In this document: positions 38,946 through 47,979 of the stretch, piece after piece
How the letters are laid out: each line of letters begins with the position of its first letter
How positions within the stretch are numbered: position 1 is the first letter of the stretch
Assembly (NCBI GenBank): GCA_964611355.1
Contig: CAZSYD010000008.1
Span: 1-64,000 of the forward strand
DNA length: 64,000 bases
Direction: 5' to 3'
Source: an uncultured Ignavibacteriales bacterium
Lineage (GTDB): Bacteria; Zixibacteria; MSB-5A5; GN15; JAAZOE01
Notes under the pieces: model-generated
Database searches by the model: none
What the model saw: the letters and a program-made list of their open reading frames with translations, nothing else
Told to the model about the DNA's origin: nothing
Position numbers and translations under genes: made by a program

Positions 38946-39790
38946 AGGTAACTGTCCTTCTTGAGCCGGGCGAGGAGTTCCAGGCTGAAGTTACTGGCCT
39001 GGTCAAATATATACTTGAGCTTGTTATTGGCCCAGTTGTATCCGATAACGGCCGGAATAGCCGCCGCCAGGCCGACGATGGTAGCCAGCAGGGCCTCGGC
39101 TATACCGGGCGCCACGACCGTCAGGGATGCCGAACCGCGCTCGCCGATCGACCAGAACGAATCCATTACGCCGACGACCGTGCCCAAAAGCCCGAGAAAC
39201 GGAGCCGAATTGGCCGTGGTGGCCAGAAAAACAACGTATTTTTCAAGCTTTCCTGTTTCCTCGACTACGGTTTTATCGAGCATGAGGGAAATCGTCCTGA
39301 AATCGTCTTCGTCCAGCTTTCGTTTCGATTCCTGCCTTCCGCCTCCGGCGTTTTTCGCTTCCATAACAGCGTCGGCTTCCCTGATTCCAACCGAATAAAT
39401 AACCGACAGCGGAGTCGAACGGAAATTCTTTACCTGTCCCAGTAAGCCGGAAATCTCCTGCGAACGCGAAAACAGGGAGCCGAATTTCAGGGATTGATCG
39501 TTGGTTTCCTTGAATAAACGATACTTGTTGACCATGATTCCCCACGAAACAAGAGACATGATTACCAGGGTGATAATGATTAATATCCCGAAAAACGAGG
39601 AATCGCTCAGGATTTCCCAGACGCCGCCGGACAGTAAAGCCGGATGAATCCTTACCGGTAAGTTAAACGCCATGGCCGGAGTCATCGCCGATAATAGTAG
39701 TACACAGCTCATATTATTCCTATACATAAATAATTTTACACCGGTTGCGCCAAATGGTTTGCCGGCTTTGCCAATCAGATTTGTAATCAT
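38942..39790 (-). CDS. tolQ: TolQ/ExbB proton channel
   Basis: APFLGLLGTVVGVM, VAPGIAEALLAT.VGL.AAIPA; real start probably downstream (~39723 or later). Confidence 0.9.
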   Translation of the reverse strand: MITNLIGKAGKPFGATGVKLFMYRNNMSCVLLLSAMTPAMAFNLPVRIHPALLSGGVWEILSDSSFFGILIIITLVIMSLVSWGIMVNKYRLFKETNDQSLKFGSLFSRSQEISGLLGQVKNFRSTPLSVIYSVGIREADAVMEAKNAGGGRQESKRKLDEDDFRTISLMLDKTVVEETGKLEKYVVFLATTANSAPFLGLLGTVVGVMDSFWSIGERGSASLTVVAPGIAEALLATIVGLAAAIPAVIGYNWANNKLKYIFDQASNFSLELLARLKKDSYL

Positions 39791-39839
39791 AGGTTAACGT
39801 TGCCTGACAGGCAACAAAAAACAGGGAGACAGTCCACAA

Positions 39840-40016
39840 GAGGTTGTCCCATAAGTCCCCCGCCATCGCGAGGTCGCCCGCCAAATGGCTGGGCGACCGT
39901 GGCGATCTCAAATCTGTAATTGTATCCGCGATAAGAGATTGCCGCGTCGCTTCGCTCCTCGCAATGACATCTCTTGGAGCCGACGTGATTAAAAATGACG
40001 CTTTTGGGACAACCTC
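39840..40016. mobile_element. 177-bp MITE-like element with terminal inverted repeats and a 4-bp target duplication
   Basis: Left GAGGTTGTCCCATAAG, right CTTTTGGGACAACCTC (15/16 match); ACAA at both 39836-39839 and 40017-40020; internal REP-like inverted pair. Confidence 0.72.
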
Positions 40017-40363
40017 ACAACGACGGCCGGCTGTCATATCGGAATTCAACCTGAACAAGCTATCTACGCTAATAGGCATACCGATGCAGGATTTTTCTAA
40101 GTCTTTTCATACCAATAAATCAGATGAAGAAATCTCGGGCGGGTATTGACAAAGCGATCGGTACGGATTAACATAAATTATATAGTTTTAGCCAGAATGT
40201 ATGGAAGTTGGGTTGCCCGAGACTGTTTTGCTTCCGTACCACCGTCCAAAAGGTCAACTCGGTATTGCATTTGCTTATACAGGTATGGAGATATATAAGC
40301 GGGACGGGACTTATTTGGGCTGATTTAAGAGACGTCCCTGATTTCGGAGAAGCTCCGGTGTTT

Positions 40364-43063
40364 ATGGGAAAAACCGTAAATAGAAAATTATTACTGGCGG
40401 GACTGGCGATTCTCGCTGTTCTGTTTTGCCCGTCCTTTGTCTTTGCCCAGGGTTCCATATATGGCACGGTGCATAATTCCGACCTGACGGTTCCGTCTGA
40501 AGGCGATATCAGCTTTTTCGGATACCTCGACGATACCGATGAGGAGATACGTATAGATTCGTCTATCGGCACCGCGTACGATTACGATGTTGATAGCAAT
40601 ATCGGGTACTGGTACGATGACTTTCAGAATTACCTAACCGAAGCGCCGGGCAATCCTTACGACTTTCATTTTTTCAACTTTGCCAACGAGCAGGGATTTA
40701 TACTGTCCAAGATTATTCCCAACAACTCATTACAGCAAGAAAACATTACCTTGGCGCCGGTCTCCTGGCCATCGGCCATAAACGGCTTGGCCGGACAGGC
40801 CGTTTCGTCGTCTGCCATAGTAGTCAGTTGGAACGGCGTTCCGGGTTATACTTACCATGTTTATCGTCGCGTGGATCCATCATATGGTTCGTTATTTCGG
40901 ATCGACGATCCCACCGGATCGCTTTCTAATCCCGGCGTTCCTGACAGCTTTTTTGTAGATGTCAATACCGACGATTCCAGCGGTTACCATTATCTGGTGA
41001 TCGCCGAGGACGCATCAGGAAATCTGAGTCCTCATTCCGAATTTATAAACGTCAGTTCAGCCGCGGTTGAAGCTCCAATAATTGCCTCCGTTGTTCCCGA
41101 AAGCGGCCTTGCCGGAGGAGGCACAGCGATTACTATTACAGGCAATGGCTTTGATATAGCTGGAGTTACCGCGACCATCGGCGGAGCGGCGGTCACGTCG
41201 CTTGTAGTCGTTTCTCCTTTTGAAATAACGGGTTTGACGCCGCCCGGCGGCGCGGGAGCAGCCGACGTGGTGGTAACTAATACGGCTTCCGGGCTTTCGT
41301 CATCTCCCCTTGTGGACGGCTTTACCTATATTGGTAATTTACCGCCGGCACTTGATCCGATCGGCAACCAGACCGTGGCCGAGGGAGGCAGTCTGACCGT
41401 TCCGGTTTCGGCCACCGATCCTGACAGCACAATTCCGGTTCTGACGGCTTCGCCCCTGCCGGATAATGCGGCATTTAGCGATAACGGGAGCGGGAAGGGT
41501 GTTTTTAATTTTAATCCGGACTTCGATCAGGCTGATGATTACCGGATTACCATCAAGGCGGCCGATGAAATGGATCCGTCCCTGATTGATACAACAACAT
41601 TTTCGATTACGGTAACCAACACCAACCGCGCGCCTGAACTTACCCCTGTCGACGATACCTCCATTGTTGAATACGGCAGCCTGCAATTAATCATCACCGC
41701 TTATGACCCCGACGGCACAATGCCGTTATTGACGGAGGATGACCTGCCCGTTAATGCCGATTTTACGGATAACGGCGATGGCACCGGCACGTTCATTTTT
41801 GAACCTTTGACGGGTCAGGCGGGCGATCATATCATTACTTTTCGGGCCACGGACGAACCGGATGAAGGGGCGGAAGCGCTGGAAGACAGCGTATCGGTAA
41901 CCATCACGGTAACAAACGTCAACCGTCCGCCGCAGCTTTTGTCGCCGGCCGATGGTTCCATTATTCTGGATCAATCTCCTACTCTCGATTGGAGCGATGT
42001 CCCGGGCGCCGACAGTTGCGAAGTATGGGTTGACAATAGTCCCATGGTTAATTCGTCAAAACGCAAATATATCGGCACAGCCTCTCAATGGACAGTATCG
42101 CTGGATTTACCTTTCGGCGCGTGGTACTGGAAGGTTCGAGCATATTATCCTTCCGGTCGGAGTGAATGGAGCGTGGTATTCAGCTTCAGGATATGCGATA
42201 TTCCGGATACTCCCACGCTTGTGCGGCCATTGAACGGGTCGACCGGTCTCAGTCAGCCGATCAGTATGGACTGGGGCGACGTGGGCGGCGCAGCAATTTA
42301 TCGCCTGAGGATAGTCGGTAGTCAAATCGACACGCTGTTAACCGTTTCCAGCTTCAGCGCTTCGGGGTTGAGTAATGGAACGGCATATTCCTGGCAAGTA
42401 CAAGCGCAGAATGCATGTGGTTTCTGGAGCGGATGGAGCCCTCAGTGGAGCTTTACTACCGACTGCCCGGTTCCACAGCCGCCTTCGCTTGTCAGTCCGC
42501 CGGACGGAGATACTGTTGAGCTGGTGGAAATTGTCTGGAACAGCGTAAGCGAGGCATCGAATTATCATCTGCAGGTTGATACCAACCCTGCTTTTGGCAA
42601 TCCGGAAATCGATACGATGTTAACATCCGTCGGTTTTGCCACCACCGAACTGGCCGATATGACCGAATATTGCTGGCGTGTCAGAGCGGAAAACGATTGC
42701 GGCTGGAGTCAGTGGAGCCAGGTGTGGAAATTTATTACTAATACGCCGACTGGCGTAACCGAAGATGAATTATCCGGGCTGCCGAATGAGTTCGCTCTGA
42801 GTCAGAATTATCCAAACCCGTTTAACCCTTCTTCCATGATCGATTACAGCCTGTCGAACCGATCTTATGTAAGGCTGGATGTTTTTAACCTGGTCGGCGA
42901 ACTGGTGGTAACGTTAGTCGACGAGGTCAAGTCTCCCGGCCGATATTCGGTAGTGTGGAACGGTAAAGACCAGTCAGGCAAGCCGGTACCAAGCGGCGTG
43001 TACTTATATCGCCTGCAGGCCGGTTCCTTTGCCGCTTCGAAAAAGATGATGCTTTTGAAATAA
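40364..43063 (+). CDS. large secreted protein: FN3, IPT/TIG, Ig/cadherin-like repeats, FlgD/T9SS-like C-terminal domain
   Basis: Signal peptide from ATG 40364 (ORF track start 40208); GGTAITITGNGF (IPT); N.PP.L...ATDPD repeats; LSQNYPNPFN...SGVYLYRL...KKMMLLK. Confidence 0.85.
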   Translation: MGKTVNRKLLLAGLAILAVLFCPSFVFAQGSIYGTVHNSDLTVPSEGDISFFGYLDDTDEEIRIDSSIGTAYDYDVDSNIGYWYDDFQNYLTEAPGNPYDFHFFNFANEQGFILSKIIPNNSLQQENITLAPVSWPSAINGLAGQAVSSSAIVVSWNGVPGYTYHVYRRVDPSYGSLFRIDDPTGSLSNPGVPDSFFVDVNTDDSSGYHYLVIAEDASGNLSPHSEFINVSSAAVEAPIIASVVPESGLAGGGTAITITGNGFDIAGVTATIGGAAVTSLVVVSPFEITGLTPPGGAGAADVVVTNTASGLSSSPLVDGFTYIGNLPPALDPIGNQTVAEGGSLTVPVSATDPDSTIPVLTASPLPDNAAFSDNGSGKGVFNFNPDFDQADDYRITIKAADEMDPSLIDTTTFSITVTNTNRAPELTPVDDTSIVEYGSLQLIITAYDPDGTMPLLTEDDLPVNADFTDNGDGTGTFIFEPLTGQAGDHIITFRATDEPDEGAEALEDSVSVTITVTNVNRPPQLLSPADGSIILDQSPTLDWSDVPGADSCEVWVDNSPMVNSSKRKYIGTASQWTVSLDLPFGAWYWKVRAYYPSGRSEWSVVFSFRICDIPDTPTLVRPLNGSTGLSQPISMDWGDVGGAAIYRLRIVGSQIDTLLTVSSFSASGLSNGTAYSWQVQAQNACGFWSGWSPQWSFTTDCPVPQPPSLVSPPDGDTVELVEIVWNSVSEASNYHLQVDTNPAFGNPEIDTMLTSVGFATTELADMTEYCWRVRAENDCGWSQWSQVWKFITNTPTGVTEDELSGLPNEFALSQNYPNPFNPSSMIDYSLSNRSYVRLDVFNLVGELVVTLVDEVKSPGRYSVVWNGKDQSGKPVPSGVYLYRLQAGSFAASKKMMLLK

Positions 43064-43257
43064 CGCCTCGGCTTGATAAAGCCTGCCCGCCATTTATTCG
43101 AGATACAAATAAACCCATCTCTGAAGATTATCTATCAAACGGTTATTATCAGATTGATGACAAAGCCAGAGAGTATCATCCTGGGAAGTCCTGCGCAGCG
43201 CTGCGAAGTCCTGAGTGAAGCGAAGGAAGTAAGACAGAGCAAGTAAAGCGAAAAACG

Positions 43258-43333
43258 ACACGGCGATCTCGAAAATTCGAATATTATAGTGACCTTGAGA
43301 TTGCCGCGGTCGCCAGGGCTACTTTGCAATGAC
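43258..43333. repeat. degenerate copy of the REP-like inverted repeat found inside the MITE
   Basis: CGGCGATCTC...GAGATTGCCGCG...GCAATGAC shared with 39900-39968. Confidence 0.55.
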
Positions 43334-43405
43334 TCGGGTATTGGTTTATCAACCGGCAGTGACCCGCCTGTGGGCAGGTGTTTCAAATTCAGGATTTTTA
43401 AGTAG

Positions 43406-44212
43406 TTATTTCCGGCGATTGATTATACCGATTCCAACCATACCAAGGCCAAGAAGAATCATCGTGCACGGCTCGGGGATGGCGTCCATCGTATAGGTGC
43501 CATGAATCAGGTCATTGCCGCAGCTTATGGTTGTGTTGAAAAACAGTTCATCGCCGAGGTTCCAGTCAAAATAATCCAAGTCAATCTTGAACTCATGTGC
43601 CCAGACGCTGTGCGGTCCGCCGCCACCTAAAGGAGAAGCCTCGGCATCATTGAACTCGGTCAGAGTATGTTCGATCAAATGACTTTGGTTCCAATCGGTA
43701 ACCTGATAAGCCCCGACCGCGCCTTCCACCCAGGTGCCGTAGTAGCTTCCGGGTTGATCGGGAATTCCCGAAACGCCGGCGACGTGTTGCAGGAATGTGG
43801 TGTTTCCAATGAATTCGTCGGTCTGACCCAGGTCGATGGCGTAAGTGTTGGCGTTATAATCGCCGGTACCGAAAAAGATATCGCCGTGATAGTATTTTTG
43901 GCCGGGATAATAACTCGTGGTCGCGTACATTCCGAAAGAACTGGTCATGGCCACGTATAGATGCTTGGCGTCCATATAGACAAAAAAGCCTTCCAGGTCG
44001 AAATGTTCACCCTGCGCGCCGCCGGGCGAGGGAAGAGCGCCAACATGAGGGTAGTTTATGGGAGCCCAGTCGTTATTGGAGCCTGTAGCACTGGCCGGAA
44101 CGACATCAAACGGCGAATCGCCGAAATCGTGTAACTGCCAGTTCAAGGCCATCGCGGGATTTCCAAGCAGGATGGCGATCACGATAAAAGCTGCAGTCGA
44201 AAAACGCTTCAT
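43406..44212 (-). CDS. PEP-CTERM sorting domain protein
   Basis: C-terminal IPEPCTMILLGLGMVGIGIINRRK; signal peptide from ATG 44212 (RBS AAGGGG; the promoter position makes the 44251 start unlikely). Confidence 0.92.
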   Translation of the reverse strand: MKRFSTAAFIVIAILLGNPAMALNWQLHDFGDSPFDVVPASATGSNNDWAPINYPHVGALPSPGGAQGEHFDLEGFFVYMDAKHLYVAMTSSFGMYATTSYYPGQKYYHGDIFFGTGDYNANTYAIDLGQTDEFIGNTTFLQHVAGVSGIPDQPGSYYGTWVEGAVGAYQVTDWNQSHLIEHTLTEFNDAEASPLGGGGPHSVWAHEFKIDLDYFDWNLGDELFFNTTISCGNDLIHGTYTMDAIPEPCTMILLGLGMVGIGIINRRK

Positions 44213-44261
44213 GTTATATACCCCTTGACGAATATTATTCTCTTTTTTCACTCATTATAGG

Positions 44262-44409
44262 AGCAATTGATATGCCATTAGAGTAATTGTTACATTTAAC
44301 ATTATAACTTATTGATAATTAATAAAATAGAAGATAGCAGCAATTTTGGGCGGTGGTATTTACCACTTTTTAATCAGGTTTTCTAGCTAAACTGTAGGGA
44401 ATCAGGACA
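44262..44409 (-). promoter_or_regulatory. sigma-54 promoter + IHF site + enhancer-like box
   Basis: TGGCATATCAATTGCT (44262-44277, minus), IHF consensus TATCAATAAGTTA (44305-44317, minus), TGT-N11-ACA (44393-44409). Confidence 0.75.
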
Positions 44410-44856
44410 GTTGAGGGATTTCGATTTAATAATGTCTCTCAATACCTGGGGAATATTCGACTTTATACATATTATGCGATAATTTCAATTTCAATAAATG
44501 TACGGCACACCCGTTTGCCGGAATTTCCTGTAATTGATTAAACTATAATAGAATAGACTTGGTAGATTGTTGATAACAAGCGTTGCGTTAAACAACGGTG
44601 GGTCTCTGTTGGTTGTAAAAAACCATGCAAAAGCGATATATCCGGTATTAGGGTATCATTTATCAGGTTTTTAATCGGCAATGCTTACTGTCCGCAAACC
44701 GGACAAACCGCCTAATCTTTGGTCTATTATCGTTATTTATTGCCGTTCAAGAAGATAATGAGTAAATGCTGTCCAGCTTTACTACAATCAAAATCCATGC
44801 TGTTTTGCGGTTGATTACCAAGCGGCCCTGATGATTAAGATACTTGGAGGAATTAT

Positions 44857-46128
44857 ATGAATTCTGATCAAAGAACGGCTTCCCCTTTATCCGGGACGGC
44901 CATGTTTGAGAATGTCCGTTTCAGGGAATCTCAGCCTGTTGTCATGAAAGGCGCTCACGAACGGATGTCAACGGGTATTGCCTTTCTTTCGGGGGAATGG
45001 CGAGAAAGCCGCTTCCGGGTAAGGCTATATCGTTTTATGGCCGAATCTATCCCGCTTATAAGCTCCGTGATCTGGACCTGGGGTCGTCTGGCGGCTGCGC
45101 CCGGCGAGTTTACCTTTTTCAGGAATAACAACCGGGTAGAAAATTCCCAGGCCCGGGCGGTTCTGGATGAGCTTTTTGGCCGGATCAATAAGATCAATTT
45201 TGGCCGAACCGGATACGAGGCGGATATATTGCCGCCGTTTTTCAAATCGCTGTTTCTTGACGGGGCCATCCTCGGCAGGATGAAACTTTACAATGACCTT
45301 TCCGGTATCGATAATTTCCGCTTTTTTGATCTGTCTCAGATTACCATGAAGATCTCCCCCAACGGGGATATCACCGCCGTAGTTACCAACGATGATGGAG
45401 AAACCGTTTATGTCGGGCCGGAGCTGTTTCACTATGCTCTCGACGCCAACCTCGCCAATCCTTACGGCCGTTCGATACTGAAGGCGATTCCGTTTGTTTC
45501 ATTTGTGGAGCAGCAGCTGGTTGATGATATGCGGCGCAGTACGCATAATGCCGGGTATCACCGCCTGCATGTCAGGATAAAACCGCCGGACAGGAAGGAA
45601 GGCGAAGGCGACGAGGCTTACGTCAACCGCGCCAACAGTTATTTCGACAGCACCGTATCGATGATTAAAGATATCGAGCCGGAGGATAATCCGGTTACCT
45701 GGGATGACGTTGCCATCGAATATATCGGTCCTCAGCAGCAGGGCGGGGTCAGGTCGAATAACTGGTATCTCAGTCATCGGGCCATGATAGAAGAGATATG
45801 CAGCGGGACGCACCTGGCGCCGTTTCTTCTGGGATATTCGTACAATGCCACCACCAACTGGGCGCAATTCAAGTACGATCTTGTCATGCGGCAGGTCGCC
45901 TCGGTGCAGAACGCCGCCATCAATTTCCTGAACTGGCTGGCCAATATTGAGCTGTCCCTGAAAGGATTTGACCTGACCGCTCAGTGGCGGTTTGATAATA
46001 ATTTCCCGGCCCTGGCAGGAGAGATAACGGACGTAAAAGGTAAGGAAGCTCGCCGTGTGATCGATCTTTACAACGCCGGCTTGGTTGACAGGGAAGCGGC
46101 CGCCGCCGCGGCAGCGAGGTTGGTTTAG
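44857..46128 (+). CDS. phage portal-like protein
   Basis: RBS GGAGG; LYRFMAESIPLISS, NPYGRSILKAIPF (YGxS motif), EEICSGTHLAPFLLG; first gene of the head cluster. Confidence 0.72.
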   Translation: MNSDQRTASPLSGTAMFENVRFRESQPVVMKGAHERMSTGIAFLSGEWRESRFRVRLYRFMAESIPLISSVIWTWGRLAAAPGEFTFFRNNNRVENSQARAVLDELFGRINKINFGRTGYEADILPPFFKSLFLDGAILGRMKLYNDLSGIDNFRFFDLSQITMKISPNGDITAVVTNDDGETVYVGPELFHYALDANLANPYGRSILKAIPFVSFVEQQLVDDMRRSTHNAGYHRLHVRIKPPDRKEGEGDEAYVNRANSYFDSTVSMIKDIEPEDNPVTWDDVAIEYIGPQQQGGVRSNNWYLSHRAMIEEICSGTHLAPFLLGYSYNATTNWAQFKYDLVMRQVASVQNAAINFLNWLANIELSLKGFDLTAQWRFDNNFPALAGEITDVKGKEARRVIDLYNAGLVDREAAAAAAARLV

Positions 46129-46130
46129 GC

Positions 46131-47495
46131 ACGAAAACGGGCAGTGGCCGTAAACGGAATACTTACGAGCCGGGGCGTGTAAGCTGGCGGCGGGCGCTGA
46201 AAGACCCTGTTTATTTTTCTCGAACAGTCCTGGGAATTAATCCTCACCCCGGGCAGGCCGAATGGCTGGTCAATTCCAATCGCGCGGAAAATCTTCTGGC
46301 GACCGGAAATCGCTGGGGCAAATCGTTCGTTCAGGCAATTAAAATCATTCACCGGGCGATGTTCAAAATTCGGTCGTTAAGAAACGACGGCGACGGCCGC
46401 TATAACATCGTGGCCGCCTCGATAACCCAGGATCAGGCCAACATCATCTTCAACACCGTCGTTCGTATTATCCGGCGCAATATCCTCCTGAAGGCGCTGG
46501 TCAAATCATTCAAACGGACACCTTATCCTGAAATGGTTCTTGGTAACGGGGCCGTTATTACCGCCCGGACGACGCAGAATCGAGGGCATTACCTGCTGGG
46601 CAACGATTATGATTTCTTTTCTTTCGACGAAGCGGCATTTGAGGTCGATCCGGAGTACCTGATAAACGACGTCATCATGATGCGTCTGACAGACCGAAAC
46701 GGTCGGCTTGATTTGATCTCGACGCCAAACGGTAAAAACTGGTTTTATCGTCGGATGCTGGAGCTTCAAAAAGACCCTCAGCGGGGATACGTGCAGTTTG
46801 GCGACAGTCGCGACAATCCTTATATTTCGGAGCATGCTATTGCGCTTCGCCTTAAGAACCTGCCGCCTGACCGGGTGGCGCAAAATATCGCCGGACAGTT
46901 TATTGATAACGACCGGACCATCTTCAGTACCGACGATATCGACCGGGCGATGGCCGAGCGCAGTCTTGAACCGTTCCGCGAGGGACGGCGATATATTTCC
47001 GGGTGGGATTTGGCACGCAAGCAGACTCATACGGTCGGCATGACCTTTGACGTGACCGATAAGCCGTACCGAATGGTCGCCTTTGCCCGATTCAATAACC
47101 GCGACTGGTCAGACGTGGTGTTTGCTATTCGAAAAATGCAGACCGAATACAAAAGCATGCTGGTTGTTGACGCTACCGGGCTGGGCGACGTCATTGTTTC
47201 GGAACTGGCCGATCTCAATCCGATAGGAGTCGTTTTTACGCCTCGGCAAAAGGGCGAGCTTCTCGGTAATTTGCTTCTGCTTCACAACCGTCGCGAAATC
47301 AAATACCAGGACGTTGTTCAAAATGAAGCGGGCAACCGGGTCTGGAGCCTGGAAGGGGAAATGCGTGAGATTACCTGGGACAATAACAACCGTTTTGACG
47401 CCGTAATGGCGATGGCGTTGGCGGTCTGGCCGAAACGAAGCCGGATGATTTTTCCCGGCAGCGGGCCATTGCCGGTTAAGGTATCGAGGTTGTAA
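46131..47495 (+). CDS. terminase large subunit
   Basis: Frame open from 46089: DPVYF..PHPGQ, Walker A TGNRWGKS (46302-46325), Walker B FFSFDEAA, coupling motif ISTPNG, RNase H-like GWDLA, VDATG, FDAVMAMALA. First ATG (46359) lies after the Walker A; start at ACG 46131 is inferred. Confidence 0.85.
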   Translation, partial: TKTGSGRKRNTYEPGRVSWRRALKDPVYFSRTVLGINPHPGQAEWLVNSNRAENLLATGNRWGKSFVQAIKIIHRAMFKIRSLRNDGDGRYNIVAASITQDQANIIFNTVVRIIRRNILLKALVKSFKRTPYPEMVLGNGAVITARTTQNRGHYLLGNDYDFFSFDEAAFEVDPEYLINDVIMMRLTDRNGRLDLISTPNGKNWFYRRMLELQKDPQRGYVQFGDSRDNPYISEHAIALRLKNLPPDRVAQNIAGQFIDNDRTIFSTDDIDRAMAERSLEPFREGRRYISGWDLARKQTHTVGMTFDVTDKPYRMVAFARFNNRDWSDVVFAIRKMQTEYKSMLVVDATGLGDVIVSELADLNPIGVVFTPRQKGELLGNLLLLHNRREIKYQDVVQNEAGNRVWSLEGEMREITWDNNNRFDAVMAMALAVWPKRSRMIFPGSGPLPVKVSRL

Positions 47496-47629
47496 AAGAA
47501 AAACCGCCGGAACAGGCGACTCTTTATTGCTTTGGATATAATAGTATTAATTGTTGCGGATGATGATATACCAAATATCAAGGAGAAAATCGTACCATTC
47601 GCTTATATTACAAGCGTCAATTATCAGGA

Positions 47630-47734
47630 TCATCCGCCGTACACGTCGGCGAAGGTGATTCCAATAGCTATGAAGAAGACGATCCAGCCGACGATTAAGG
47701 ACCATGCGCTCTTGCGTTTTTTGTACCTGACCAT
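47630..47734 (-). CDS. 34-aa single-TM peptide MVRYKKRKSAWSLIVGWIVFFIAIGITFADVYGG (absent from the ORF track)
   Basis: RBS GAAAGGT 6 nt before the ATG; sigma-54 motif upstream; basic N-terminus followed by a hydrophobic helix. Confidence 0.6.
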   Translation of the reverse strand: MVRYKKRKSAWSLIVGWIVFFIAIGITFADVYGG

Positions 47735-47778
47735 ATCCAGACCTTTCGTAATTCAATAATTTCCTATTCTACCTCATG

Positions 47779-47794
47779 AGCAACCGGTGTTCCT
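47779..47794 (-). promoter_or_regulatory. sigma-54 promoter of the small peptide gene
   Basis: Minus strand AGGAACACCGGTTGCT (GG-N10-GC). Confidence 0.6.
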
Positions 47795-47979
47795 GAGCGT
47801 TGTTCAAAATCCGGTCTGGACAATTTGTTGCCGTTCAACCGGATAAGTTTACCTCGCAAAAAAGCCTCTTCCCTCACCGGAGGCAAAAGCCTGCAAATCG
47901 ATGCCGATATTGCGCTCAATTACCATCAATCCGGCGCAGATTCCGGAAGAGCCGGTTTATTAAAAAGGCTGGAGGAAAA

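Noticed and set aside
39720..40149. ORFs 39720..40079(-) and 39844..40149(+)
   Set aside because: They translate the MITE/REP palindrome (VIARSEATRQS-type text), typical of spurious ORFs
47532..47759. ORF-track ORFs 47532..47759(+) and 47547..47756(-)
   Set aside because: Neither has a convincing RBS or protein features; the 34-aa ORF in another frame has an RBS, a promoter and a TM helix
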